Sequence record: PQ898602.1
DNA length: 64,000 nucleotides
Reading direction: 5' to 3' (one strand)
Below the pieces are notes generated by a model. It was not told the DNA's origin, did not search any database, and saw only the letters and a list, made by a program, of their open reading frames with translations. Every line of letters starts with the position of its first letter. Within the stretch, counting starts at the first letter, position 1. Both the position numbers and the translations under genes were made by a program. Positions 18,598 to 27,164 of this stretch are shown here, piece after piece.

Positions 18598-19107
18598 ATG
18601 AACATTGCAGTTTATGATGATGTTGTCCCTTACAAAAATCGAAGTGACATCTTTTACTCTTGTGTAGATTCAAAACTAAAATTGGGTTGGCAAGATCAGG
18701 ATCATCATGAACTTGCTGACATGAATCTTTTTGGTGATTGGGGTTCCGATAAACTGGTTGAGTCTGGATTATGGGAATCACTCAAAGAGTGTATTAAAAA
18801 AACTCCATGGTTCACCAACAAAGAAGTCTCCTCTTGCAAGTTAAATCTAATCCGACCGAATGATATTCATTTGATTCATAGTCATGGTGAAGAACAGGTC
18901 GCTTTGTATTATGTAAATACCGAGTGGAGAGATGGATGGTATGGTGAAACCCTGTTTTATAGTGAGAGTACTAAAGAAGTAGAGTTTACATCTCCATATG
19001 TTCCTGGTAGGATAATATTATTTGATGGGTGTATCCCACATGCAATCCGACCGCAGTCAGTCGCAGGTCCAAAATATAGACTGAGTATTTCTACATTTTT
19101 TGTTTAA
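18598..19107 (+). CDS. 2OG-Fe(II) oxygenase superfamily protein
   Basis: HSH..., LYYVN..W...GET, FDG..PH..R...R.S. Confidence 0.75.
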   Translation: MNIAVYDDVVPYKNRSDIFYSCVDSKLKLGWQDQDHHELADMNLFGDWGSDKLVESGLWESLKECIKKTPWFTNKEVSSCKLNLIRPNDIHLIHSHGEEQVALYYVNTEWRDGWYGETLFYSESTKEVEFTSPYVPGRIILFDGCIPHAIRPQSVAGPKYRLSISTFFV

Positions 19108-19110
19108 ACT

Positions 19111-20112
19111 ATGGATTTTCTAAAAGACATTGTAAAGGAGATTGGTGGTGAATACACACAACTCGCATCAGACATCAACGACGAAGAAACTTACGTGGAC
19201 ACAGGTTCGTACATTTTTAACGGACTTGTTTCAGGGTCTATATTTGGTGGTGTATCTGGGAATAAGATTACTGCCATTGCTGGTGAGTCTAGTACTGGAA
19301 AAACCTTCTTTTCGTTGGCTGTTGTTAAAAATTTCCTCGATACCAATCCTGATGGTTACTGCCTTTATTTTGATACAGAGGCCGCAATTACTAAGTCAAT
19401 GTTGGAAGAACGTGGAATTGATACTTCACGTCTCGTAGTTGTCAATGTTGTGACTATTGAAGACTTCCGTGGTAAGGCACTGAAGGCGGTAGACCTATAT
19501 CTTAAGAAACCATTAGAGGATCGCAAACCCTGTATGTTTGTGTTAGACTCTCTTGGTATGCTTTCCACCGAGAAAGAGATCACCGACGCACTCAACGACA
19601 AACAAGTTCGAGACATGACCAAATCTCAACTTGTCAAAGGTGCGTTCCGTATGATCACTCTCAAGTTGGGTCAAGCGAACATCCCCATGATCGTTACGAA
19701 TCACACCTATGATGTCATCGGAGCTTACGTACCAACTAAGGAAATGGGAGGAGGTAGTGGACTCAAATATGCTGCGTCTACAATCATTCATCTCAGCAAA
19801 AAGAAAGAAAAGGATGGAACGGAAATCGTCGGAAATCTTATCAAAGCGAAGACTGCAAAGTCTCGTTTGAGTAAGGAGAACAAGGATGTTACTGTTCGTC
19901 TTTATTACGATGAGCGTGGTCTCGATCGTTACTATGGTCTCCTTGAATTGGGAGAGATTGGTGGACTTTGGAAGAATGTGGCTGGACGTTATGAAATAGA
20001 TGGAAAGAAGGTTTATGCGAAAGCTATCCTGAAAGATCCCGAGTCATACTTCACTCCTGAAGTTATGGAAAAACTAGACGAGATTGCAAAAGAAGAATTC
20101 CGATATGGATAA
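19111..20112 (+). CDS. uvsX: RecA-like recombinase UvsX
   Basis: AGESSTGKT, FDTEAA, VLDSLGML, MGGGSGLKYAAS. Confidence 0.95.
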   Translation: MDFLKDIVKEIGGEYTQLASDINDEETYVDTGSYIFNGLVSGSIFGGVSGNKITAIAGESSTGKTFFSLAVVKNFLDTNPDGYCLYFDTEAAITKSMLEERGIDTSRLVVVNVVTIEDFRGKALKAVDLYLKKPLEDRKPCMFVLDSLGMLSTEKEITDALNDKQVRDMTKSQLVKGAFRMITLKLGQANIPMIVTNHTYDVIGAYVPTKEMGGGSGLKYAASTIIHLSKKKEKDGTEIVGNLIKAKTAKSRLSKENKDVTVRLYYDERGLDRYYGLLELGEIGGLWKNVAGRYEIDGKKVYAKAILKDPESYFTPEVMEKLDEIAKEEFRYG

Positions 20113-21136
20113 ATTCCAGATCATATTGCCTGGACCTGATAGTGTTGAAAGAACTTGGTTTGACTATGATAAGAATGAGAAATCGAGAAAGGACCTAGAA
20201 CTTCATCACTATGATACAGGTCTAGGTTCCAAACTATATTACTGGGCTTTTATTTTATATTTTTCCAGAAAATGTGTGGGTCCTACTGAACTTATTTTGA
20301 CCAAGTATCATTGGCCAGAATTTAATTTTATCAAGTTTCCTGATACTAAGGTTGTTGATATAAAAGGTCCTCAGGATCCTCTTTTGGATGATTATAAAAA
20401 ACTGACTATAAAGAGTGTCATAGGATTACTCTATGGTAAATTTTCACCAGAAGTAACTCAAACTTTTAGGGAAAAGATTTCTAAGTATAGATTGACTTTT
20501 TCTATGACAGACATGTGTGAAGATCCATATTATCAATATATCAATAAATTTGATTTGGATGTAAATAAAACATGTCTTGATGATCTAGAATTCATAAAAC
20601 CAGAAGCTAATGAGTTTTTGAAAGAAAACTTCTCTAACAAATTAGGATTGCATTTGCGTAGATCTCATGGTGTTATATCAACAAATGAATATGAGGAAGA
20701 GTGCTCCACATATCTTTCTAGAGAGAGATTAGATGAATGGTTTGAATGGAGTCGTCAAAACAAATATACAGAAGTGGATATGGAAAAGTTTGTTCACAAA
20801 CCAATCCTGAACAAAGACTATTTCCGTGTAGTGGATGCAATGTTTGATAAACATCCAGATAAACAAATGTATATCAGTTCTGATGTACCACTTGATTTTA
20901 TGAAACCATTCTTTGATAGGTATGGTTCTCGAATAAAGTCTAGACATGATTATCAAGATGAGTTTTTCTCCTTCTTTACAGAAGAACTAAAAGACAATCA
21001 TGAATACTTGTTTTATAATAAACAAGCATTAGAAGAGTGTTTTGATCTTTTTGCTTTTGCACATACTATAAATCCCATTCTCCGCAAAAATTCACGTTGG
21101 TCTGATTTTGCAAAGTTTTACCGAAGAAAACTATGA
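20105..21136 (+). CDS. Putative GT-B glycosyltransferase (fucosyltransferase GT11/NodZ-like motifs)
   Basis: GLGSKL, GLHLRR, YISSD, DLFAF, S.WS; AT-rich. Confidence 0.5.
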   Translation: MDKFQIILPGPDSVERTWFDYDKNEKSRKDLELHHYDTGLGSKLYYWAFILYFSRKCVGPTELILTKYHWPEFNFIKFPDTKVVDIKGPQDPLLDDYKKLTIKSVIGLLYGKFSPEVTQTFREKISKYRLTFSMTDMCEDPYYQYINKFDLDVNKTCLDDLEFIKPEANEFLKENFSNKLGLHLRRSHGVISTNEYEEECSTYLSRERLDEWFEWSRQNKYTEVDMEKFVHKPILNKDYFRVVDAMFDKHPDKQMYISSDVPLDFMKPFFDRYGSRIKSRHDYQDEFFSFFTEELKDNHEYLFYNKQALEECFDLFAFAHTINPILRKNSRWSDFAKFYRRKL

Positions 21137-21672
21137 ACGACTTCATCAAGGTCTACGAAAACACACTGACTCAAGAGACCTGTGAAACTTTGATGCGTTT
21201 ATTTGACGCAAGTAATTGTAAACAAATAGTGAAGAATCGTGGAACTCCCAACTTCACTCAACTAAATCTAAATCAAAAACACCCAGAGAATATTCGTAAT
21301 CTATCAAAGATTACACAAAGGGTTTTGAACCTTTACAAAAAGGATCTCAAGGAGTACACTAGGTGGTATCCAGATAGGTTGTTCCTTGAAGAGTTCCGAA
21401 TCAAAAAGTACCATTCAAGGAGTCACGACAGATTTGATGTTCACGTCGATGTTCAGGATCACGAAAGTGCAAGAAGGTATCTCGCTTTCTTGTTTTATTT
21501 GAATGATGATTTCACTGGTGGAGAAACCGAGTTTCCTCACTATGAAAAGAAGATTGTACCTAAGACAGGTTCAGTCATGGTCTTTCCTCCAACTTGGCAG
21601 TATCCTCATGCAGGATTGAAAGTCAAAACAGGAGTGAAGTATATTATGTCCACTTATTGCCACTACTATTGA
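21133..21672 (+). CDS. 2OG-Fe(II) oxygenase (prolyl-4-hydroxylase-like)
   Basis: HVD, FLFYLNDDFTGGET.F, FPP..YPH, KY. Confidence 0.85.
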   Translation: MNDFIKVYENTLTQETCETLMRLFDASNCKQIVKNRGTPNFTQLNLNQKHPENIRNLSKITQRVLNLYKKDLKEYTRWYPDRLFLEEFRIKKYHSRSHDRFDVHVDVQDHESARRYLAFLFYLNDDFTGGETEFPHYEKKIVPKTGSVMVFPPTWQYPHAGLKVKTGVKYIMSTYCHYY

Positions 21673-23054
21673 TGGAACGCATCGAAACTACTATTCTTAG
21701 AAGTCTTGCATATCATGACGAATACTCTAGGAAGGTTCTCCCCTTTATTCGTGTGGAGTATTTTACTGACTACACTGAGAAGGTAGTTTTTGAGGAGATC
21801 TGTAAGTTCATCTTTAAGTACAACAAACTTCCTAACGAAGAGATTCTTCGAGTTGAGGTTGATAATCGCACGGACTTGAATGAGTCTACATACAAAGAAG
21901 TAACCGATTATATTTCCAAACTTCCTGGTGAGGAACTAGATTTTCAGTGGTTGACTGATACTACAGAAAAGTGGTGTCGTGATAAAGCCATCTATCTCGC
22001 ATTGATGGAGTCTATCCAGATTGTAGATGGACAAGATGAGAAGAAGAACAAGGATGCAATTCCTTCTATTCTGTCTGATGCACTCGCAGTAAGTTTTGAT
22101 AGTAACGTCGGTCACGACTATCTACAGGACTATGCAGAACGATATTCTTTTTATCATCAGAAAGAAGAGAAGATTCCCTTCGATCTCGACTTCTTTAACA
22201 AGGTCACCAAGGGTGGGTTGCCAAACAAAACTCTTAACATCGCACTTGCAGGTACAGGCGTTGGTAAGTCTCTGTTCATGTGTCACGTCGCTGCATCTGT
22301 TCTTCTGCAAGGAAAGAATGTTCTCTACATTACTTGTGAAATGGCAGAGGAAAGGATCGCAGAACGTATTGACGCTAACCTGTTGAATGTCAATATTCAG
22401 GAGATCGAGAAACTCCCTCGGTCAATGTTTGAAAACAAAGTAACAAAGATTTCAGAAAAAACGCAGGGTTCTCTTATAATTAAAGAGTATCCCACCGCTA
22501 CTGCACATAGTGGACACTTTAAGTCACTTCTTAACGAACTTGCACTTAAGAAGTCATTTAGACCTGATATTATTTTCATTGATTACCTTAATATATGTGC
22601 TTCCTCACGATATCGCGGTAATCTTTCTGTCAATTCATATTCGTATATTAAGGCTATTGCAGAGGAACTTAGAGGGTTGGCTGTTGAAGCAAACGTCCCT
22701 ATCGTATCTGCCACGCAGACCACTCGTTCTGGTTATGGTAGCTCTGACGTTGACCTTACTGACACTTCTGAGTCCTTTGGTCTCCCTGCTACTGCTGATC
22801 TTATGTTTGCCCTTATTAGCACTGAGGAACTTGAACAACTTGGTCAGATAATGGTGAAACAATTGAAGAATCGTTATAACGATCCCACCACTAACAAACG
22901 ATTTGTTGTTGGTATTGATCGTGCAAAGATGCGACTCTACGATTGTGAACAATCTGCACAGAATGATATTCTAGATTCTGGTCAGGAAGAAGAGTATGTG
23001 CATCAGGAGAAGTCTTCTGGACCCAAGAAATCATTTGAAGGATTCAAGTTTTAA
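21672..23054 (+). CDS. gp41: Replicative helicase gp41
   Basis: AGTGVGKS, IIKEYPT, IFIDYLNI, SESFGLPATAD, LKNRY. Confidence 0.97.
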   Translation: MERIETTILRSLAYHDEYSRKVLPFIRVEYFTDYTEKVVFEEICKFIFKYNKLPNEEILRVEVDNRTDLNESTYKEVTDYISKLPGEELDFQWLTDTTEKWCRDKAIYLALMESIQIVDGQDEKKNKDAIPSILSDALAVSFDSNVGHDYLQDYAERYSFYHQKEEKIPFDLDFFNKVTKGGLPNKTLNIALAGTGVGKSLFMCHVAASVLLQGKNVLYITCEMAEERIAERIDANLLNVNIQEIEKLPRSMFENKVTKISEKTQGSLIIKEYPTATAHSGHFKSLLNELALKKSFRPDIIFIDYLNICASSRYRGNLSVNSYSYIKAIAEELRGLAVEANVPIVSATQTTRSGYGSSDVDLTDTSESFGLPATADLMFALISTEELEQLGQIMVKQLKNRYNDPTTNKRFVVGIDRAKMRLYDCEQSAQNDILDSGQEEEYVHQEKSSGPKKSFEGFKF

Positions 23055-23686
23055 TGTTTGAGTTAAATCCAAACCCAACCATTACCACCGAACCCTTTGA
23101 GGATACTACTATCTGGTATATTGATAATTTCTATCAGAACCCAGATGAAATCCTTGACTATTTCTTAGCAAATACACCAACGTATTTTAAGTCAAACGAA
23201 GCACCAGGTTACAATGGTGAGTTGTTTCAAGACATGCGTCATTTATTGTATGATGATGTTAGACATGTTTATGAATATCTTGCAAATATTTGTGGTGACC
23301 TCGCAAAGAATAGTGAAGTCTTAACTAATTGTTTTCGTTTTTTAGATTGTGAATTTAATGACTATCAAAACAATTACTGGTGGCCTCATTTGGATGAAGG
23401 TCATACTGGAATAGTATTCTTTAATCGTGATGAAGATAGTGGTACTAACATCTATAGATGTCTAGAACCAAGTGAAGACGATATGCGATATGATACTCCA
23501 GAACATGTCGCACCATGGAGACCTAAAGACAAATACGAGCTTTTAAAATCCATGAAACCAAGGTATAATAGATGCATATTGTTCAACGCCAAGAGATACC
23601 TCCATGGTCAGAACATTATTGATGATCGCTATACCGATCAATTCAGACTAAACCAAGTTTTGTTTCTAGATCCCAATGGACCCTGA
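23054..23686 (+). CDS. DUF6445-like 2OG-Fe(II) oxygenase-fold protein
   Basis: IDNFYQNPD, PHLD, YNRCILF...H...RLNQV. Confidence 0.65.
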   Translation: MFELNPNPTITTEPFEDTTIWYIDNFYQNPDEILDYFLANTPTYFKSNEAPGYNGELFQDMRHLLYDDVRHVYEYLANICGDLAKNSEVLTNCFRFLDCEFNDYQNNYWWPHLDEGHTGIVFFNRDEDSGTNIYRCLEPSEDDMRYDTPEHVAPWRPKDKYELLKSMKPRYNRCILFNAKRYLHGQNIIDDRYTDQFRLNQVLFLDPNGP

Positions 23687-23810
23687 ATTTGAACATGTCT
23701 ATGATTACGTAGACGGAATTGCCGATGCCTACGGCGAACACATTGATAACCTGATCGAACGGGTTGAAAAACTTGAAAAATTCATTAAAGAGAACTATGA
23801 GCAACGTTGA
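23676..23810 (+). CDS. 44-aa hypothetical protein
   Basis: Fills gap, overlaps both neighbours; C-terminal coiled coil LIERVEKLEKF. Confidence 0.5.
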   Translation: MDPEFEHVYDYVDGIADAYGEHIDNLIERVEKLEKFIKENYEQR

Positions 23811-24204
23811 CACCAAAAAGTATGTTGAATTCTGTGATGCGGTCACCTCGAAAGAAAGTCAAGACTACTCGCATTTCGCTGCCCGTCTCTACGAACTGGC
23901 GGAACAAGATTTTCCTACCCAGCGACTGCTTACTGCTGCTGTAGGTATGTGTGCGGAAGCAGGTGAGTTTACTGAGGTTGTGAAGAAGATTACCTTCCAA
24001 GGTAAACCTGTCAACGAAGAAAACCTGTTCCACCTGAAACGTGAACTAGGCGACATCATGTGGTATGTTGCACAAGCGTGTATCGGACTTGGTACTTCTC
24101 TGGATGAGATCATGGAAATGAACGTAGACAAACTCAAGGCACGTTATCCTGGTGGTGAATTTGATGTTCACTACTCCGAGAATCGTAAGGAAGGTGATCT
24201 GTGA
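23797..24204 (+). CDS. mazG: MazG-like nucleotide pyrophosphohydrolase
   Basis: GMCAEAGEFTEVVKK, ELGDIMWY, N..KL..RYP. Confidence 0.9.
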   Translation: MSNVDTKKYVEFCDAVTSKESQDYSHFAARLYELAEQDFPTQRLLTAAVGMCAEAGEFTEVVKKITFQGKPVNEENLFHLKRELGDIMWYVAQACIGLGTSLDEIMEMNVDKLKARYPGGEFDVHYSENRKEGDL

Positions 24205-24383
24205 TCAATCTTGAGATGAGTATGAATGACGCAGTTCTTTTGCGTCATACTCTTTTTATGTACACGAAAGATCATCCTGGTTTTTTCTCTGATGATGCTG
24301 TTCTAAAAATCAGAGAAATATCCAACCAACTAGATAAAGAAATCGAAAAAGAGTTCAACATCAAACAGGAGAATCATGAATGA
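24201..24383 (+). CDS. Hypothetical protein
   Basis: GTGA coupling; fills gap. Confidence 0.5.
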   Translation: MINLEMSMNDAVLLRHTLFMYTKDHPGFFSDDAVLKIREISNQLDKEIEKEFNIKQENHE

Positions 24384-24615
24384 CCTTAAGATCCCTTTTG
24401 CTATCGTATCTTTCCTGTTGGTTCAGGGTGCGGGTGCTGTCTGGTGGTCCTCACAAATAGATGGACGAGTCAGAACTCTCGAAGCAGAGAGTCTGAATAT
24501 CGCTAGAGAGAATCGCAGATATATTGAACAGGTTATTCAACCTTCCTATGGAATCAGTAGTTCTTGGAAAAATCAATACCACGATGAGTGGGTTTTGAAA
24601 GGAGGTTGGAAATAA
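24376..24615 (+). CDS. Small membrane-anchored hypothetical protein
   Basis: aggag RBS; N-terminal TM then short coiled coil. Confidence 0.7.
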   Translation: MNDLKIPFAIVSFLLVQGAGAVWWSSQIDGRVRTLEAESLNIARENRRYIEQVIQPSYGISSSWKNQYHDEWVLKGGWK

Positions 24616-24640
24616 ATAGCCCCCGTAAGGGGGTTTTTTT
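24613..24640 (+). promoter_or_regulatory. Late promoter immediately followed by GC hairpin and T-tract
   Basis: TAAATA gccccc-gtaa-ggggg ttttttt c ATG. Confidence 0.65.
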
Positions 24641-24641
24641 C

Positions 24642-25799
24642 ATGGCTTCACTATCAGGTAACTCTACTAATGGTACTCCAAATTGGACAAAGTATGTAAA
24701 AAATAATACTCAATATAACAACTTAGAGTATCTAATAGAAACTCCAGCTGGTTCGCCCACTTATCTTTTTGCTGGTGTATCTAATACCAAACCTGAACAA
24801 TTGCTCTTTGAATTACCTGCAGGTACAAAAATAAAAATACTATCAACATCAACTACTAAGATTACTGCCAATGCTCAAGCTTTAAAAGGTAAAGGTATTA
24901 ATGCATTTACTCAGAAAGAAGCTGCTAGGTGTAGAATAGGTGCTGGTATGATTGGATATGTTCTTATATCAAAAATTAAAAAACCAACTAAAGCTCCAGA
25001 TAGTGTTGAAAAGAGAACTATCTCAATGGCTCAAAGTAATTTGGATGAGTTAAAAAGAATTGCGAAAATTGGAACATCCCGTCAGAATGGAGTTGACATT
25101 GAGGTAGATGGTTTCGGATTGCTAAGGGATTGTTGTACTATCTCGAAAGTTCCAGATAGAGTTAATGGTAGAGAAGCTAAAGCGGATATTGTTATAAAAG
25201 ATTCTAAAAACAAAAATTTAATTTATATTTCCCATAAGGCCGGCGGTGGTGCAAAAGCATTCCAACAATATGGTGGAGTATCAGAAACGGCTGGAACTCA
25301 AGAGTTGCCTGGTATGATCTATCAACATCCAGAGGTGGAAAAATTTCTGATAGATCTTTATGATCTTTATAATCAGGCAATGACTGGAGACGCTCCACAA
25401 TCAAATCCTTTTGATAGGAATGGTAGATTGACAATTGGAAGATTATATCGACCAATAAGAAGTGCAGATCTTATCGGTAAATCTGTTTTTGGACCTGGAT
25501 ATGGTGGACCATCTGGGATTGATTGCGTTGATGTTATTGCACAAGGACCATTCAAATTCAAAGGTTTTATGACTTCTGAGGAAGATATAGCTTTTAGACT
25601 TACTTGGGACCATTTTGATTATCGTGGTGGAGATATTGATGATTTTAATGATGGTATGTATCAGGCACTATTAGTTTCCAGAAGTGCAAGTGATAGAAGA
25701 ACAAAAACTCCTAAAGGAGATATCCAAGGTCTTAGAACTGGTATTTTTAACAGATCGTATCTATCTGGAACATCTCTGAATATTGATGCACTTGTGTGA
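24642..25799 (+). CDS. Putative PD-(D/E)XK nuclease (restriction/homing endonuclease-like)
   Basis: EAKADIVI...IYISHK...FQQYGG; AT-rich atypical codon usage. Confidence 0.5.
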   Translation: MASLSGNSTNGTPNWTKYVKNNTQYNNLEYLIETPAGSPTYLFAGVSNTKPEQLLFELPAGTKIKILSTSTTKITANAQALKGKGINAFTQKEAARCRIGAGMIGYVLISKIKKPTKAPDSVEKRTISMAQSNLDELKRIAKIGTSRQNGVDIEVDGFGLLRDCCTISKVPDRVNGREAKADIVIKDSKNKNLIYISHKAGGGAKAFQQYGGVSETAGTQELPGMIYQHPEVEKFLIDLYDLYNQAMTGDAPQSNPFDRNGRLTIGRLYRPIRSADLIGKSVFGPGYGGPSGIDCVDVIAQGPFKFKGFMTSEEDIAFRLTWDHFDYRGGDIDDFNDGMYQALLVSRSASDRRTKTPKGDIQGLRTGIFNRSYLSGTSLNIDALV

Positions 25800-25843
25800 T
25801 ATAATAAATAACTAAAGGTTAAGGATCCCTGACTGAATAGGTA

Positions 25844-27136
25844 ATGAAAAGTTTCAGCAAGTTCTTCTCGGAAGCCAGAGAAACCAATGCGTCTGCAGAA
25901 GCCAAGAAACTTGGTTTAAAAGGTGATGGTCACGGAGGATGGTATAATAAACAGGGAGAGTTTGTCGCCAAAACAGAAGGCGGTGAACTCGTATTTTATG
26001 GAAAAGATAACAAACCAGGTGAGAAGGATGAACCTCATTCCTCTACACCTACTGGTCAAGCACAGGCTGCTGGAACAGAAGTAGGTGAGAGACCACAAGT
26101 AAATCCACAAGCATCCAGAGAAACTCCTGCACAGACAAGAGCGAAAGGAAATAAAGTAGTTGTCAATCCTGACGAAGAGGAAGAAGTAGTTGATGCACCA
26201 GAAGGTGAAGAGACTGAACTTGCACCTGGTGTTGTTGTAGTCTTCGGTAGATTCAATCCACCTACAATCGGTCACAAGAAACTTCTTGATAAGGCTGCTG
26301 CAGTTGCAAGAAAGAAAGGATTTGAACTGAGAATTTATCCTTCTCGTTCTCAGGATGCGAAGAAGAATCCTCTGACACCTGATATGAAGATCTCATACAT
26401 GCGTCAGATGTTCCCTGATTACATCGACAATATTATTGACGACAAGGGATCGAAGACTATCTTCAATGTACTAACTGGTGCAAACGAAGAGGGTCATACA
26501 AACATGACCATTATGGTTGGTGGTGACAGACTTAGTGAGTTCCAAGGTCTTGCACATAAGTACAACGGAGACCTTTATCAGTATGATGATCTTCAGGTAA
26601 TCTCTGCAGGTGATAGAGATCCTGATTCTGATGATGTTTCTGGAATGTCTGCATCGAAACTGCGTCTTGCTGCAGCAGAAGGAGATTTCAAAAAGTTTGC
26701 GAAGGGTGTACCCGACACTCTGAAGAACATGGAGAAGATGGAACTCTACAATGTTATTCGTAGATCGATGAACATTAGTGAAGAGACTGAAGTATGGGAA
26801 GTTGCACCTAAACTTGATGAAGAGGGAATGCGTGATGCATATCTAGTTGATGGTGTTTTTGCAGTTGGTGATATGGTAGAGAACGTTAATACTGGTCTGG
26901 TTGGTGAAGTAACTCGTAGAGGAACGAACTACATCATTGCAGTAACTGAAGCGGGTATGATGTTCAAGTCTTGGTTGAGAGATATCACAGAATTTAAGTA
27001 CTATGAAGTCGGTACTGATGCACAGAGAATTCATGCACAATCGATTACACCAGGTCAAGAAGTAAAAAGTTATACTGGTGTAAAGGTTCCTTCGATTTAC
27101 GACAGATTTAAGGCGGCTCTGAAAAAGAATAAATAA
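25844..27136 (+). CDS. HIGH-family nucleotidyltransferase (cytidylyltransferase/NMNAT-like) with capsid-targeting-like N-terminus
   Basis: MKSFSKFFSE leader; FGRFNPPTIGH, KNPL, VGGDR, SGMSASKLR; TAAATA at 25805. Confidence 0.75.
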   Translation: MKSFSKFFSEARETNASAEAKKLGLKGDGHGGWYNKQGEFVAKTEGGELVFYGKDNKPGEKDEPHSSTPTGQAQAAGTEVGERPQVNPQASRETPAQTRAKGNKVVVNPDEEEEVVDAPEGEETELAPGVVVVFGRFNPPTIGHKKLLDKAAAVARKKGFELRIYPSRSQDAKKNPLTPDMKISYMRQMFPDYIDNIIDDKGSKTIFNVLTGANEEGHTNMTIMVGGDRLSEFQGLAHKYNGDLYQYDDLQVISAGDRDPDSDDVSGMSASKLRLAAAEGDFKKFAKGVPDTLKNMEKMELYNVIRRSMNISEETEVWEVAPKLDEEGMRDAYLVDGVFAVGDMVENVNTGLVGEVTRRGTNYIIAVTEAGMMFKSWLRDITEFKYYEVGTDAQRIHAQSITPGQEVKSYTGVKVPSIYDRFKAALKKNK

Positions 27137-27164
27137 CTCTATCAGGTAGTTATTTTATAGTTAA

